Part shown: positions 12,147-22,355 of the stretch, piece by piece
How the letters are laid out: the number at the start of each line of letters is the position of its first letter
Numbering within the stretch: the first letter of the stretch is position 1
Notes under the pieces: model-generated
Seen by the model: the letters and a program-made list of their open reading frames with translations, nothing else
Database searches by the model: none
What the model was told of the DNA's origin: nothing
Translations under genes and position numbers: made by a program
Assembly: GCF_003334765.1 (NCBI RefSeq)
Contig: NZ_QOWT01000001.1
Reading direction: 5' to 3' (one strand)
DNA from: Escherichia coli
GTDB lineage: Bacteria; Pseudomonadota; Gammaproteobacteria; Enterobacterales; Enterobacteriaceae
DNA length: 64,000 bases

Positions 12147-12295
12147 GCCGGATGCGGTGTTAACGACTCATCCGCGTTGACATGAAAAGACGCGTTAGGC
12201 GTCGTATCATGCAGCGCTTGTCGGATGCGGCGAGTGCCTTATCCGACCTACATCGATGATCCGCGTAGGCCTGATAAGCGTAGCGCTTCAGGCAA
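12147..12295. repeat. REP/BIME cluster (three REP-like palindromic units) in the ydhP-sodB intergenic region
   Basis: gccggatgcggtgttaacgactcatccgcg, gtcggatgcggcgagtgccttatccgacctac and gtaggcctgataagcgtagcgcttcaggc match the E. coli REP consensus (GCCGGATGCGGCG...CTTATCCGGCCTAC). Confidence 0.8.
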
Positions 12296-12316
12296 TGCTG
12301 CATTTGCCATCAGTTA

Positions 12317-12898
12317 TTATGCAGCGAGATTTTTCGCTACGAATTCCCAGTTCACCAGCGCCCAGAAGTGCTCCAGATAGCCAGGACGTGCATTGCGATA
12401 GTCGATGTAATAAGCGTGTTCCCAGACATCAACGGTCAGCAGCGGAGTCGCATCGGTGGTCAGCGGAGTACCCGCGTTAGAGGTTGAAACGATAGCCAGT
12501 TTGCCATCGCTGTTTTTCACCAGCCAGGTCCAGCCAGAACCAAAGTTTTTGATCGCTGCATCAGTAAACTGCGCTTTGAAATCGGCAAAGCTGCCAAAAG
12601 ATGCGGCGATAGCTTCAGCGACTTTTCCAGTCGGTTCGCCACCGGCGTTCGGTGCCAGGCAGTTCCAGTAGAAAGTATGGTTCCAGACCTGAGCTGCGTT
12701 GTTGAATACGCCACCTTCAGAGCTGCGAATAATCTCTTCCAGTGATTTACCTTCAAACGCGGTACCTTTAATCAGGTTGTTCAGGTTAGTGACATAAGTC
12801 TGATGGTGCTTGCCGTAGTGATACTCGATGGTTTCCGCAGAAATGTGCGGTGCCAGAGCATCTTTAGCATATGGTAGTGCAGGTAATTCGAATGACAT
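12317..12898 (-). CDS. sodB: Fe-superoxide dismutase (193 aa)
   Basis: ORF-track 193 aa beginning [36 protein letters not shown], canonical Fe/Mn-SOD; matches K-12 SodB. Confidence 0.96.
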   Translation of the reverse strand: MSFELPALPYAKDALAPHISAETIEYHYGKHHQTYVTNLNNLIKGTAFEGKSLEEIIRSSEGGVFNNAAQVWNHTFYWNCLAPNAGGEPTGKVAEAIAASFGSFADFKAQFTDAAIKNFGSGWTWLVKNSDGKLAIVSTSNAGTPLTTDATPLLTVDVWEHAYYIDYRNARPGYLEHFWALVNWEFVAKNLAA

Positions 12899-13025
12899 TG
12901 CTACTCTCCTTTATTATTAATTTGCATACGTACAATAGCCTTATTGTGCGTATGGATAGGGTAGCAAATTAAAAGGTGAGACAAAAGATGAACTTACCCT
13001 GTTGCCGTAACAACAGGGTAAAGTT

Positions 13026-13841
13026 TTAGCGAAGTGTTTTTGGGGTCATTACCCGACGAGCGCCAACATAGTGGCGCTGCCAGTAGTCTTCACTGAGAGA
13101 AGTGATTTGAATTTCCTGACCTGTGCGCGGTGACTGAATAAATTTGCCGTTGCCGACATACACGCCGACATGATCGGCTGTGCCGCGTCCCTGAGTACGG
13201 AAAAAGACCAGGTCGCCGTTTTTCAGTTCACTACGTTCGATTGGCGCTGCATCACGCAGGTGATACATTTCATTCGCCGTACGCGGAATACGAATTTTCA
13301 CCAAATCTTTATAAGCGTAATAAACCAGGCCGCTGCAATCAAAACCGGTACGCGGTGAGCTGCCACCCCAACGATATGGCTTACCAATTTGCTGCATCAG
13401 TTTATTCATTGCCACTTTCGTAGCTTTTTGCACCTTCGCTTTGTGCGCGTCGGCAAGAGTTCCTGACGCGGCATTTTTGACTTTCACACAATGCGATTTA
13501 TAGCCCTTACGTTTGGTACACTTTTCGGTAAAGCTGGCTGAGGCCGTTTTATTGACGGCGTGTTTGCTGCGAGTTTTGGCGTTTTTAGAAGCGGTAATGG
13601 AAGATTTTTTAACGGAAGAAGCGGTTTTGCTTTTGGTCGTACTTTTACTGGCGGCTTTTTTCGCTGTTTTCTGGGTCTTTTTGGTGGTTGCCGTGCTTTT
13701 CTTTTTATCTGCTTTTTTGGTGATATGAGTGGTAGCAGAACTCTCCCTGGCTTGCTTTGAAGCATGGGCCATAGGCGTTAAAGGCAGGGTGGTAAAAAGT
13801 AAAGCACAGAGCGTGATCGAAATACGGTTTATCCGCGCCAC
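13026..13841 (-). CDS. mepH: NlpC/P60 peptidoglycan DD-endopeptidase MepH (YdhO), 271 aa, with a Lys/Thr/Ser-rich low-complexity linker
   Basis: ORF-track 271 aa; signal peptide, long K/T/S/A-rich segment, C-terminal NlpC/P60 catalytic region (GFDCSGLVYYAY ... H). Confidence 0.9.
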   Translation of the reverse strand: MARINRISITLCALLFTTLPLTPMAHASKQARESSATTHITKKADKKKSTATTKKTQKTAKKAASKSTTKSKTASSVKKSSITASKNAKTRSKHAVNKTASASFTEKCTKRKGYKSHCVKVKNAASGTLADAHKAKVQKATKVAMNKLMQQIGKPYRWGGSSPRTGFDCSGLVYYAYKDLVKIRIPRTANEMYHLRDAAPIERSELKNGDLVFFRTQGRGTADHVGVYVGNGKFIQSPRTGQEIQITSLSEDYWQRHYVGARRVMTPKTLR

Positions 13842-14174
13842 TGAGCGTCCCTCTGTTAAGGCAGGTCTATCATGCCTGCGTCTGATTTACAAAACTTGAT
13901 GATTCTAATGCATAGAAGAAGAGAAAGTTAATAGCTTTTATTGTTAAAAAATACGTTTCGTTGGCGAGCGCAAAAAAATGCAGCAGTGAAAGCTAAAAAT
14001 GGTTATAAATACGCCAGTTTGCCGGCATCAGAGAAGAAACGAATATTTGAAATGCAACAAATAGAGCAAAGGGATAAAATAGCAAAAGCGTGATGAAAAT
14101 GTTATTTTCCGATGCCGCACTGACCCGCTACAATGTCAGATTACTGCCGTAAAGAAGTTTGAGGAAGCAAGACA

Positions 14175-14522
14175 ATGAGCACCACTATCGAAAAAATCCA
14201 ACGCCAGATTGCTGAAAACCCGATCCTGCTGTACATGAAAGGTTCACCGAAACTGCCGAGCTGCGGTTTCTCTGCCCAGGCAGTCCAGGCGCTTGCCGCA
14301 TGTGGCGAACGTTTTGCCTATGTTGATATTCTGCAGAATCCGGACATTCGTGCGGAACTGCCGAAATATGCTAACTGGCCGACCTTCCCGCAACTGTGGG
14401 TTGACGGCGAGCTGGTCGGCGGTTGTGATATCGTGATCGAAATGTATCAGCGTGGCGAACTGCAGCAGCTGATCAAAGAAACTGCCGCTAAATACAAGTC
14501 TGAAGAGCCGGACGCGGAATAA
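14175..14522 (+). CDS. grxD: Monothiol glutaredoxin Grx4 (115 aa)
   Basis: ORF-track 115 aa with CGFS active site (KGSPKLPSCGFSAQAVQAL). Confidence 0.95.
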   Translation: MSTTIEKIQRQIAENPILLYMKGSPKLPSCGFSAQAVQALAACGERFAYVDILQNPDIRAELPKYANWPTFPQLWVDGELVGGCDIVIEMYQRGELQQLIKETAAKYKSEEPDAE

Positions 14523-14538
14523 TCCGTCCTGCAATACT

Positions 14539-14572
14539 GACGGATGCGAACGGGCATCCGTCAGTCCTTTCT
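14539..14572 (+). terminator. Intrinsic-terminator-like hairpin after grxD, shared with the convergent lhr
   Basis: gacggatgc gaacgg gcatccgtc followed by agtcctttctct; sits between the grxD stop and the lhr stop. Confidence 0.55.
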
Positions 14573-17500
14573 CTATCCCCAATCCAGCCCTTGTGGCGAA
14601 CTTGAAAATCCCGCCTCACGCAGCAGCGTAAACATCGGCGTTTGCCGGACCGGTAGATCATTCACTTCTGTTAGCGTAAAGCGCAGCCGTGGTTCGCGAC
14701 GCAGTGCGGTAGTCAGCGCGTGGAAAACCTCTGGGGCGAGTAATTCCTCTTTTTCCTGCCAGACCAGCATTTTTTTGCCACCTTGCGCCAGATAGAGTAA
14801 CAATTTGCCGCCAGAAACGACCACCAGCGCACCCGCCCGACGCGTTGGAACCAGCGTTGCCGGATGTGCAGGCCAGGGCAGAAGATTTCCCCACACATTA
14901 GCCGGATCGTTGGCAGAGAGCGCCACTGGTGTATAGTGGCGCGTTTGCGTGGCTTGTGTCGCCAGATCGCGCAATCGGTCAATAGTCAGACGTTCAGCGA
15001 ATTGCGCGCCACCCAGACCTTCTACAAAACGACCTCGCATAATTCGCCCGGAGTCTTCCATACTTCGACAAAGCGTTTGCATCGATGGAAACCCGCCAGG
15101 GATATTTTCGGCTATCACCGCCTGACGACTGATGATGCCGTAGCGGTCGAGCATATTTTCCGCCAGCGCCAGCATCCTTTCGGTATCGTTTAGTGGCTCC
15201 ACCTGCAATAACGACCAGCGTCCAGCCAGATTTGGTGTGTTGTAAGATACCCGCGGCGAGACGGGTTGCGCATAGACAGGACGTCCACGACGAGCCCGGT
15301 GACTGCGGCGAGTTGAGGTGCGTGCGTTGGAACTGCTGCGGGTGAGGGCGCGTAACGGTGCCCAAATGTCGCTGGTGATGACGCCTTGCCAGACCAGCGC
15401 CCATAACGCCTCTTGCAGGGCAGAGAGATCAACCGATTCGCCGATTTTGTCGCGTATCCGTTGGCTGATTTGTTGTGCAAACCAGGCTCCTCCGTCAGCC
15501 AGAACAGCGACTATCGCTTGTTGCAGCGCCGAACGATTCGCCTGATCCGCTTCGGCGGGAGTGAACGATTCTGCAGCATATTCCTGTAGATGCAGTGCCA
15601 CCAGGCCGTCATCTTCACCCAGTTTTTTTTGCCCCGACCAGATAACCGCACCGGTTGCCAGTAATTCATCGAGCATTTCTGACGAATAGTCGCGTACGCG
15701 GGCAGGCAGGATCTGGCTTTCCCAGAGTGAGGCGGGTAAACCGACTCCGGCAAGCTGTTCGATCACCCGCATCACGCCATCTACGCCCTCATAAACGCCT
15801 GGCGATGTTGAGGCAAAGAGCGCCGGGCTACCATCGGTGGCGGGTAATACGCCCTGACGTTCCAGCAGCAATCGCGCATAGGTCGTGGCTGCAACGGGAC
15901 GCGTCGCTTCTCTGGCGGCTTGCAGCGAGCGCAAACGCAGACGACGAAATACTTCATCGCTCACCCAGATGTCTTGTTGCAGATTCATCACCAGACCCTG
16001 TTCACGCAGTTGCTGAAGCTGCTCTTCGACAATGGCAATACCGAGACTAAACTCATGAGCCAGTTGTTCAGCCGTGACCAGAGCATGAGCCCGGAGATAG
16101 CGCAGAAAGAGGTCGCGAAGCGGGTAACTGACTCTATGTAAATAAATCTCTGGCAATGACTCTGGTAGTCGTACGCCGAGGGCATCACGCAGCCTGGCGG
16201 CATCATCCATACAGGCAAGACGCTCCTGTCCGCTAATCATCGCTGGGAAGATTCGTTTTACTGCAAGAAGATTTTCCAGATACGACGCAACCTCTTCACT
16301 GCTGCCTGTATGCCGTTGCGCCAGGTCTTCAACGGTCATTGGCCCCAGTTCGCGCAGCAGGTCGAACAATCCTTCTTCACCTTTCGCTCTTCTGCCAGGA
16401 GCCAGTCGTTGCAACTCTTCTTCCACCTGGCGAATGACCTGCGGGTCGAGTAATTCCCCCGGATCGACCTGTCCGAGTAGATTGCGCAGTAACTCGCTGT
16501 CCAGCGACAGTACGGATGCCCGGCGCTCTGCCAGCGGGGCGTCGCTCTGGTACATAAATTCCGCGACATAGCCGAACAATAAACTTGTGGCGAAAGGCGA
16601 GGGCGTAGTGGTCGTTACATCGGATATTTGAATTTCGCCACCGTTCAGGCGACGCATCAAACGTTCCAGTGCGGGAAGATCATAAACATCTTGCAGACAT
16701 TCGCGTAGGGTTTCGAGAATGACCGGAAAATCCGGATATCCCTGAGCGATTTCCAGCAACTGACTGGCGCGCAGCCGTTGTTGCCAAAGCGGGGTGCGAT
16801 GGCCCGGAGTGCGCCCCGGCATTAATAATGCCCGCGCGGCGCATTCGCGAAAACGGGCGGCGAAAAGTGCCGAGCTGCCTACCGCCTCGCGGACAATTTG
16901 CAGCAACTTTTCTGGTTCAAACAAAAAAATCGCGGCATCGGGCAATTTACCATCGGTGTCAGGAATACGTGCAACAATGCCGTCATCACTGGCGACCACC
17001 GACGCGTCAGCGCCCCATAGCGCATGTATTCGCCCGGCAATCGCCACCGCCCAGGGTTCATGCACCCGTCTTCCATAGGGAGAGTGCAAAATAATACGCC
17101 AGTCACCAATTTCATCACGGCACCGTTCGAGGACCAGATGGCGACTCCCCGGAACGATGCCCGTCGCGTTGCGCTGCTCCTCAATCAACCCCTGAATATT
17201 GGCGATCGTATTTTCTTCTGCCAGCCACGGGGGAATAGTCCCGGAAAAGAACGCGCCATCCGCCAGCAAATGAAGAAAATCGCCGATCATCTCGCCTAAT
17301 TCAGCCGGACGTCCGTTACCTTCACCACGCCAGAAGGGGAGCCGGGCAGAACGACCCGGAGCAGGAGTCACAATCACCTGATCGCGGGTGATTTGCTGGA
17401 TCCGCCATGAGGTAGCGCCGAGAGTGATAATATCGTTCACCCGCGACTCATATACCATCTCCTCATCCAGTTCACCCACCCGCCGCGAACCGGCCTTTTC

Positions 17501-19189
17501 TTCACCTTCGGGTAATAACACGCTATACATGCCACGATCCGGAATGGTGCCGCCGCTGGTAACCGCCAACAATTGAGCGCCAGGTCGGGCGGTCAATATC
17601 CCGGTCTCCCTGTTCCAGACCAGTTTGGGGCGAAAAGCAGAAAAATCGCCAGAGGGATAGCGCCCGGAAAGCATATCCAGCGTGGCGTCAAAAACACGTC
17701 TTGGCAGATCTTTCCACGGTGCGGCACGGCGTACGCGGGAGTACCATTCGTCTACCTGTAATGCATCCATCGCCGCGGCGGCAACGGTTTGCTGCGCAAG
17801 GACGTCGAGAGGATTATGCGGTGGTGTCAGGTTTTCCAGCCTGCCTGCGAACATACACTCTACAATGACTGCGGAATCGACTAAATCACGCCGGGTACGG
17901 GGGAAAAACAGCCCTTTAGATACACCGCCAACCTGATGTCCGGCGCGACCAATGCGTTGTAACCCACTGGCAACAGAAAGCGGCGTTGCCACCTGAATCA
18001 CCAGATCCACCGCGCCCATATCAATCCCCAGTTCAAGACTGGAGGTTGCGACCACGCAGCGTAATTCACCCGATTTCAGCGCCTGTTCGGTGATTGCTCG
18101 TTGTTCTTTAGAGACGGAGCCGTGGTGTGAGCGGGCAATAAAAACGTCGCTACTTTGTACACGGTTAGAGGTTGCGCCGGAGGTCGACTCGAAATGGGCC
18201 GCATCAACGGCGATAGACGGGGAACGCTGTAAGCGTGCGGCGTAAAGCTCATTTAATCGTGCCGTCAGTTTTTCCGCCAGCCCCCGCGAATTAGTAAAGA
18301 CAATGGTCGAGCGATGGCGCAACACTTCATCAAGGATACCCGTTTCAATATATGGCCAGATGGAGCCTTCCCGGCCGGCATGGCTGTCTTCGCCGGTGCC
18401 GCTGGCGACCGATGAGACATCATCCATATTGGCGACCGGTACGACAATTCGTATCTGCGGATGGCGCATTGCGGGCGGGTTGACTACCGTAACCGGGCGA
18501 TCGCCACCAAGAAATGCTGCCACATCGCTGGCTGAGCGCACAGTGGCAGAAAGGCCAATTCGCTGTGCTGAGGTGTGGAGCAGCGCATCGAGCCGCTCCA
18601 GACTTAACGCCAGATGCGCACCACGTTTACTGCCCGCTACCGCGTGGACTTCATCAATAATTACCGTTTCGACGCCGCGTAGCGTTTCGCGCGCGCGGGA
18701 GGTCAGCATCAGATAGAGTGATTCGGGTGTGGTGATCAGAATATCCGGCGGATTACGGGTGAGTTTGCTGCGTTCCTGTGCAGGCGTATCGCCAGTACGG
18801 ATCCCTACGCGAAGATTGACTTCCGTTTCGCCGCGCCGCCGCCGTTCATCGGCAATACCCTTCAACGGGATCTGCAAGTTGCGCTGAACGTCGGTGCCCA
18901 GGGCTTTTATCGGTGAAATATAGAGGATGCGTGAGGTTTTACGCTTATGCGCCTCGCGGGTATCTTCGCCGCCTTCGCGGAAGAGCCGATCGAGGGCGTA
19001 GAGAAATGCTGCCAGCGTTTTCCCGGAGCCGGTCGGTGCAATCACCAGCGCATGTTCGCTTCGCGCCGCCACATGCCAGGTTTGCGGCTGGACAGCGGTC
19101 GGCTGTTTAAAGGCGCGAAGAAACCAGTCGCGGGTCGCCGGTGAAAACACGTCCGGCAGGAGCGATGAAGGGTCTGGATTATCTGCCAT
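14573..19189 (-). CDS. lhr: Lhr, large ATP-dependent DEAD/DEAH-box helicase-related protein (1538 aa)
   Basis: ORF-track 1538 aa; Walker A (PTGSGKT), DEVH box, helicase C motifs in the N-terminal third; length matches K-12 Lhr. Confidence 0.95.
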   Translation of the reverse strand: MADNPDPSSLLPDVFSPATRDWFLRAFKQPTAVQPQTWHVAARSEHALVIAPTGSGKTLAAFLYALDRLFREGGEDTREAHKRKTSRILYISPIKALGTDVQRNLQIPLKGIADERRRRGETEVNLRVGIRTGDTPAQERSKLTRNPPDILITTPESLYLMLTSRARETLRGVETVIIDEVHAVAGSKRGAHLALSLERLDALLHTSAQRIGLSATVRSASDVAAFLGGDRPVTVVNPPAMRHPQIRIVVPVANMDDVSSVASGTGEDSHAGREGSIWPYIETGILDEVLRHRSTIVFTNSRGLAEKLTARLNELYAARLQRSPSIAVDAAHFESTSGATSNRVQSSDVFIARSHHGSVSKEQRAITEQALKSGELRCVVATSSLELGIDMGAVDLVIQVATPLSVASGLQRIGRAGHQVGGVSKGLFFPRTRRDLVDSAVIVECMFAGRLENLTPPHNPLDVLAQQTVAAAAMDALQVDEWYSRVRRAAPWKDLPRRVFDATLDMLSGRYPSGDFSAFRPKLVWNRETGILTARPGAQLLAVTSGGTIPDRGMYSVLLPEGEEKAGSRRVGELDEEMVYESRVNDIITLGATSWRIQQITRDQVIVTPAPGRSARLPFWRGEGNGRPAELGEMIGDFLHLLADGAFFSGTIPPWLAEENTIANIQGLIEEQRNATGIVPGSRHLVLERCRDEIGDWRIILHSPYGRRVHEPWAVAIAGRIHALWGADASVVASDDGIVARIPDTDGKLPDAAIFLFEPEKLLQIVREAVGSSALFAARFRECAARALLMPGRTPGHRTPLWQQRLRASQLLEIAQGYPDFPVILETLRECLQDVYDLPALERLMRRLNGGEIQISDVTTTTPSPFATSLLFGYVAEFMYQSDAPLAERRASVLSLDSELLRNLLGQVDPGELLDPQVIRQVEEELQRLAPGRRAKGEEGLFDLLRELGPMTVEDLAQRHTGSSEEVASYLENLLAVKRIFPAMISGQERLACMDDAARLRDALGVRLPESLPEIYLHRVSYPLRDLFLRYLRAHALVTAEQLAHEFSLGIAIVEEQLQQLREQGLVMNLQQDIWVSDEVFRRLRLRSLQAAREATRPVAATTYARLLLERQGVLPATDGSPALFASTSPGVYEGVDGVMRVIEQLAGVGLPASLWESQILPARVRDYSSEMLDELLATGAVIWSGQKKLGEDDGLVALHLQEYAAESFTPAEADQANRSALQQAIVAVLADGGAWFAQQISQRIRDKIGESVDLSALQEALWALVWQGVITSDIWAPLRALTRSSSNARTSTRRSHRARRGRPVYAQPVSPRVSYNTPNLAGRWSLLQVEPLNDTERMLALAENMLDRYGIISRQAVIAENIPGGFPSMQTLCRSMEDSGRIMRGRFVEGLGGAQFAERLTIDRLRDLATQATQTRHYTPVALSANDPANVWGNLLPWPAHPATLVPTRRAGALVVVSGGKLLLYLAQGGKKMLVWQEKEELLAPEVFHALTTALRREPRLRFTLTEVNDLPVRQTPMFTLLREAGFSSSPQGLDWG

Positions 19190-19281
19190 TAACGCTATTC
19201 CCCGTGAATATCATGCAGGATGCGTGGAATAGCCTCACTATAGATGCCTGAATCATTGCATGTCATCAGGCATCGACTCGA

Positions 19282-19929
19282 TTACACCTCTTCGGCGGCA
19301 GATAGCGGCCAGCCTCCCAGACGTTTCCAGCGGTTGACGATTTCACAAAACAGCACAGCAGTGCGTTCGGTGTCGTACAGCGCGGAGTGCGCCTGGGTGC
19401 TGTCGAAGTCCATGCCAGCGGTCTGGCAAGCCTTTGACAATACGGTTTGTCCGAGTGCCAGCCCGGCCAGTGCAGCAGTGTCAAAAGTGGCGAAAGGGTG
19501 GAACGGGTTACGTTTCAGTGAGGCGCGTTCTGCGGCGGCCATCATAAAGCTGTGATCAAAATTGGCATTGTGCGCCACCATAATGGCGCGGTTACAGCCG
19601 CTCGCTTTAATACCTTTACGTACAACTTTAAAAATTTCGTGCAGCGCCTCGTATTCGCTGACCGCGCCGCGATCGGGATCGTTCGGGTCAATGCCGTTGA
19701 AGGCGAGGGCTTCTGGTTGCAAATTTGCGCCGACAAATGGTTCGACGTGGAAATGTAATGTGGTGTCCGGCATCAGCCAGCCTTGTTCATCCATTTTCAG
19801 GGTGATGGCGGCAATCTCAAGCAGCGCATCGGTTTTGGCGTTAAATCCGGCTGTTTCAACATCGATCACAACAGGATAAAAACCACGAAAACGGTCGCAC
19901 AGACCGGTAAGTTGAGCGTTATCGGACAT
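19282..19929 (-). CDS. rnt: RNase T, DEDDh 3'-5' exoribonuclease (215 aa)
   Basis: ORF-track 215 aa; exonuclease motif [11 protein letters not shown]; immediately upstream of lhr on the same strand. Confidence 0.95.
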   Translation of the reverse strand: MSDNAQLTGLCDRFRGFYPVVIDVETAGFNAKTDALLEIAAITLKMDEQGWLMPDTTLHFHVEPFVGANLQPEALAFNGIDPNDPDRGAVSEYEALHEIFKVVRKGIKASGCNRAIMVAHNANFDHSFMMAAAERASLKRNPFHPFATFDTAALAGLALGQTVLSKACQTAGMDFDSTQAHSALYDTERTAVLFCEIVNRWKRLGGWPLSAAEEV

Positions 19930-20031
19930 CTGATTCTCTTAATACGGATAAATTGCAGCGCGCATTATGACAAATATTACTTGTCGATGCAGTAAAGATG
20001 CGGGCGCGATGAGTTCACGCCCGGCAGGAGA

Positions 20032-20439
20032 TTAGTTGCCCAGACCGCGACCGGCGTCTTTCTCTTCGATTAACTCAATTTTGTAACCGTCCGGATCTTC
20101 CACAAACGCGATAACCGTAGTACCGCCTTTTACCGGACCCGCTTCACGGGTCACGTTACCCCCGTTTTGACGGATTTTTTCGCACGCTTCAGCGGCGTTA
20201 TCTACGCTAAGCGCGATGTGACCATAAGCAGTGCCGAGTTCGTATTTATCCACGCCCCAGTTGTAGGTCAGTTCAATCACCGCTTCTTCGGTTTCCGGGC
20301 CGTAGCCAACAAACGCCAGTGAGTATTTGTATTCCGGGTTTTCGCTGGTACGCAGCAGTTTCATGCCCAGCACTTTGGTATAAAAATCGATGGAGCGTTG
20401 CAAATCGCCAACGCGCAGCATGGTATGAAGAAGACGCAT
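20032..20439 (-). CDS. gloA: Glyoxalase I (lactoylglutathione lyase), 135 aa
   Basis: ORF-track 135 aa beginning [26 protein letters not shown], canonical GloA. Confidence 0.95.
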
Positions 20440-20519
20440 CTTTTTATCCTCAAAATGGCTAACAGATTCAAAATGTTGTTTTAGTATAGCGGCGGCTTTA
20501 CGCCGCTCGCAATGTTGGA

Positions 20520-21617
20520 TTACAACGTCGGGTAATCGGTATAGCCTTCCGCGCCGCCACCGTAGAAACTTTCGGCACGCTGTGGGTTAAGCTCAGCTTT
20601 GCGCTGCAAGCGGGCGACCAGATCCGGGTTCGCAATCCAGTCACGACCAAATGCCACCGCATCAATTAACCCTTTGCCGATCAGCGTTTCAGCTTTTTCT
20701 ACTGTGTATGCACCTGCGCCGATAATCGGACCGTGGAAACGGGCGCGTACTTTTTCGCGGAACGCATCAGTATACGGTTCACCCCCCGCCCAATCTGGTT
20801 CTGACATATGCAGATAAGCAATGCCGCGTTTACCCAGTTGTTCAATCAGATACAGTGCATCGGCTTCTTCATTCGGGCCGTTATCTGTGTTCTGGAAAGT
20901 ACCGATTGGTGAAACGCGAATGCCAATGCGATCGGCACCCCATTCTTCAATCCCGGCATCGACCACTTCCAGTACCAAACGTGCGCGATTTTCCACGCTG
21001 CCGCCGTACTGATCGGTACGATGGTTTGAAGAAGGAGAAAGGAACTGATGCAGCAAATAACCGTGAGCAGAGTGGAGCTCTACCAGATCAAAACCGGCTT
21101 CACGCGCGTTAGCAATGGCCTGACGGAAATCATTGACGATACCTGGAATCTCTTCCAGTTCAAGCGCACGCGGCATGGATGTTTCAACACGGATCGCCTG
21201 ACCATTTTCATCGCGCAGAGAAGTACGTGTTCCCGCGCTAAGTGCTGAAGGCGCTACCGGTGCCTGACCGCCAGGTTGCAGGCTGGCGTGAGAAATGCGT
21301 CCGGTGTGCCACAGCTGCACGGCCATATGACCATTTTCAGCATGAACGCCAGCGGTGATTTTTTTCCATGCGGCAATTTGCTCCGGACTATGGATGCCAG
21401 GCGCACCTGCATATCCTTTTGCCTGGGCAGAAATTTGCGTGGCTTCACTAATAATCAAACCGGCACTGGCACGTTGGCGATAGTATTCCGCCATCAACGG
21501 GGTAGGAATGTCACCCGGTTCAATACTGCGCAGACGCGTCAGCGGTGCCATAAAAATACGGTTTGCCGCCGTGATCGCGCCCACTTTCAGTGGGGAATAC
21601 AGTTTTTCAGATGACAT
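20520..21617 (-). CDS. nemA: N-ethylmaleimide reductase, Old Yellow Enzyme family (365 aa)
   Basis: ORF-track 365 aa; OYE-family FMN oxidoreductase; downstream of nemR on the same strand. Confidence 0.95.
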
Positions 21618-21653
21618 AAAGGCTCCCGGTCGTCTGGTGATAAAAAATGCCTG

Positions 21654-22253
21654 CTAAACGGCAGGCGTCGCAATAATGTTTTTTACATGGGCCAGCGCGT
21701 TTTCCAGTGGCTCGAAACTGCGCGAAATTTTGGCCTGCAGATTCGCGCCAAGCCACAGTGCGTAAAGCACTTGTGCCTGTTGCAGCGGTTCGCCACAAAA
21801 GGTTAAACAATGGTTCTCACGGCCATTTTCCAGCGCCTGAGAGAGCAGGGCGATCACGCCGCGAGCACCTTTATCCATCGCGCTGCGCATATCTTCTGAC
21901 AGATCGCACACTTCGGCAGAGAGTTTTACTGTCAGGCAACCACTGATGGTTCCATGTTGGCAAAACTGGTTCAGTGTTTGCTGGTAATAAGCCAGTATGC
22001 GGTCGCGGTAGTTACCTTCGCCGGATTGCAGCAACTCAGTCAGTCGCTGGTGATATGCGGCGTAATGACGCTCAAGCATGGCAACGCCAAACGCTTCTTT
22101 AGAGCGAAAGTAGTGATAGAAGGACCCTTTCGGCACTTCAGCGGTTTTTAGTAATTCGCTTAGCCCCATCCCGGTGAATCCACGTTGCAGGCAAAGTTGC
22201 TCGCCCGTCGCCAGGAGATGTTCGCGAGTATCATGTTCGGTGTGTTTGTTCAT
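21654..22253 (-). CDS. nemR: TetR-family electrophile-sensing repressor NemR (199 aa)
   Basis: ORF-track 199 aa; N-terminal TetR HTH; first gene of the nemR-nemA-gloA cluster. Confidence 0.93.
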   Translation of the reverse strand: MNKHTEHDTREHLLATGEQLCLQRGFTGMGLSELLKTAEVPKGSFYHYFRSKEAFGVAMLERHYAAYHQRLTELLQSGEGNYRDRILAYYQQTLNQFCQHGTISGCLTVKLSAEVCDLSEDMRSAMDKGARGVIALLSQALENGRENHCLTFCGEPLQQAQVLYALWLGANLQAKISRSFEPLENALAHVKNIIATPAV

Positions 22254-22267
22254 GCGTTGGAGTGTAG

Positions 22268-22283
22268 TAGACCAGTCGGTCTA
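22268..22283. promoter_or_regulatory. NemR box: perfect 16-bp palindrome in the nemR promoter/leader
   Basis: tagaccagtcggtcta (TAGACCGACTGGTCTA on the nemR sense strand), 15-30 nt upstream of the nemR start codon; matches the NemR operator as I recall it. Confidence 0.7.
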
Positions 22284-22355
22284 GTGCAAGCAAAGTTGCT
22301 ACTTTGGACATTAACAGCTTCAATAATGGTAATAATCTTATCTGAGGAGGGCGAA

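Noticed and set aside
13484-13765. Several overlapping ORFs (13484..13765 minus, 13513..13728 and 13560..13760 plus) inside mepH
   Set aside because: Alternative frames of the Lys/Thr/Ser-rich low-complexity linker of MepH; compositional artefacts.
14994-18716. Numerous 60-140 aa ORFs on both strands within lhr
   Set aside because: lhr is a well-supported 1538-aa helicase gene; the embedded frames are Arg/Ala/Pro-rich alternative-frame artefacts of GC-rich coding sequence.
22185-22355. N-terminal extension of the ydhL frame (136-aa version starting at 22185)
   Set aside because: The extension would read through the nemR promoter and NemR-box and overlap the nemR start; the 79-aa form with RBS-proximal GTG at 22356 fits the conserved DUF1289 size.
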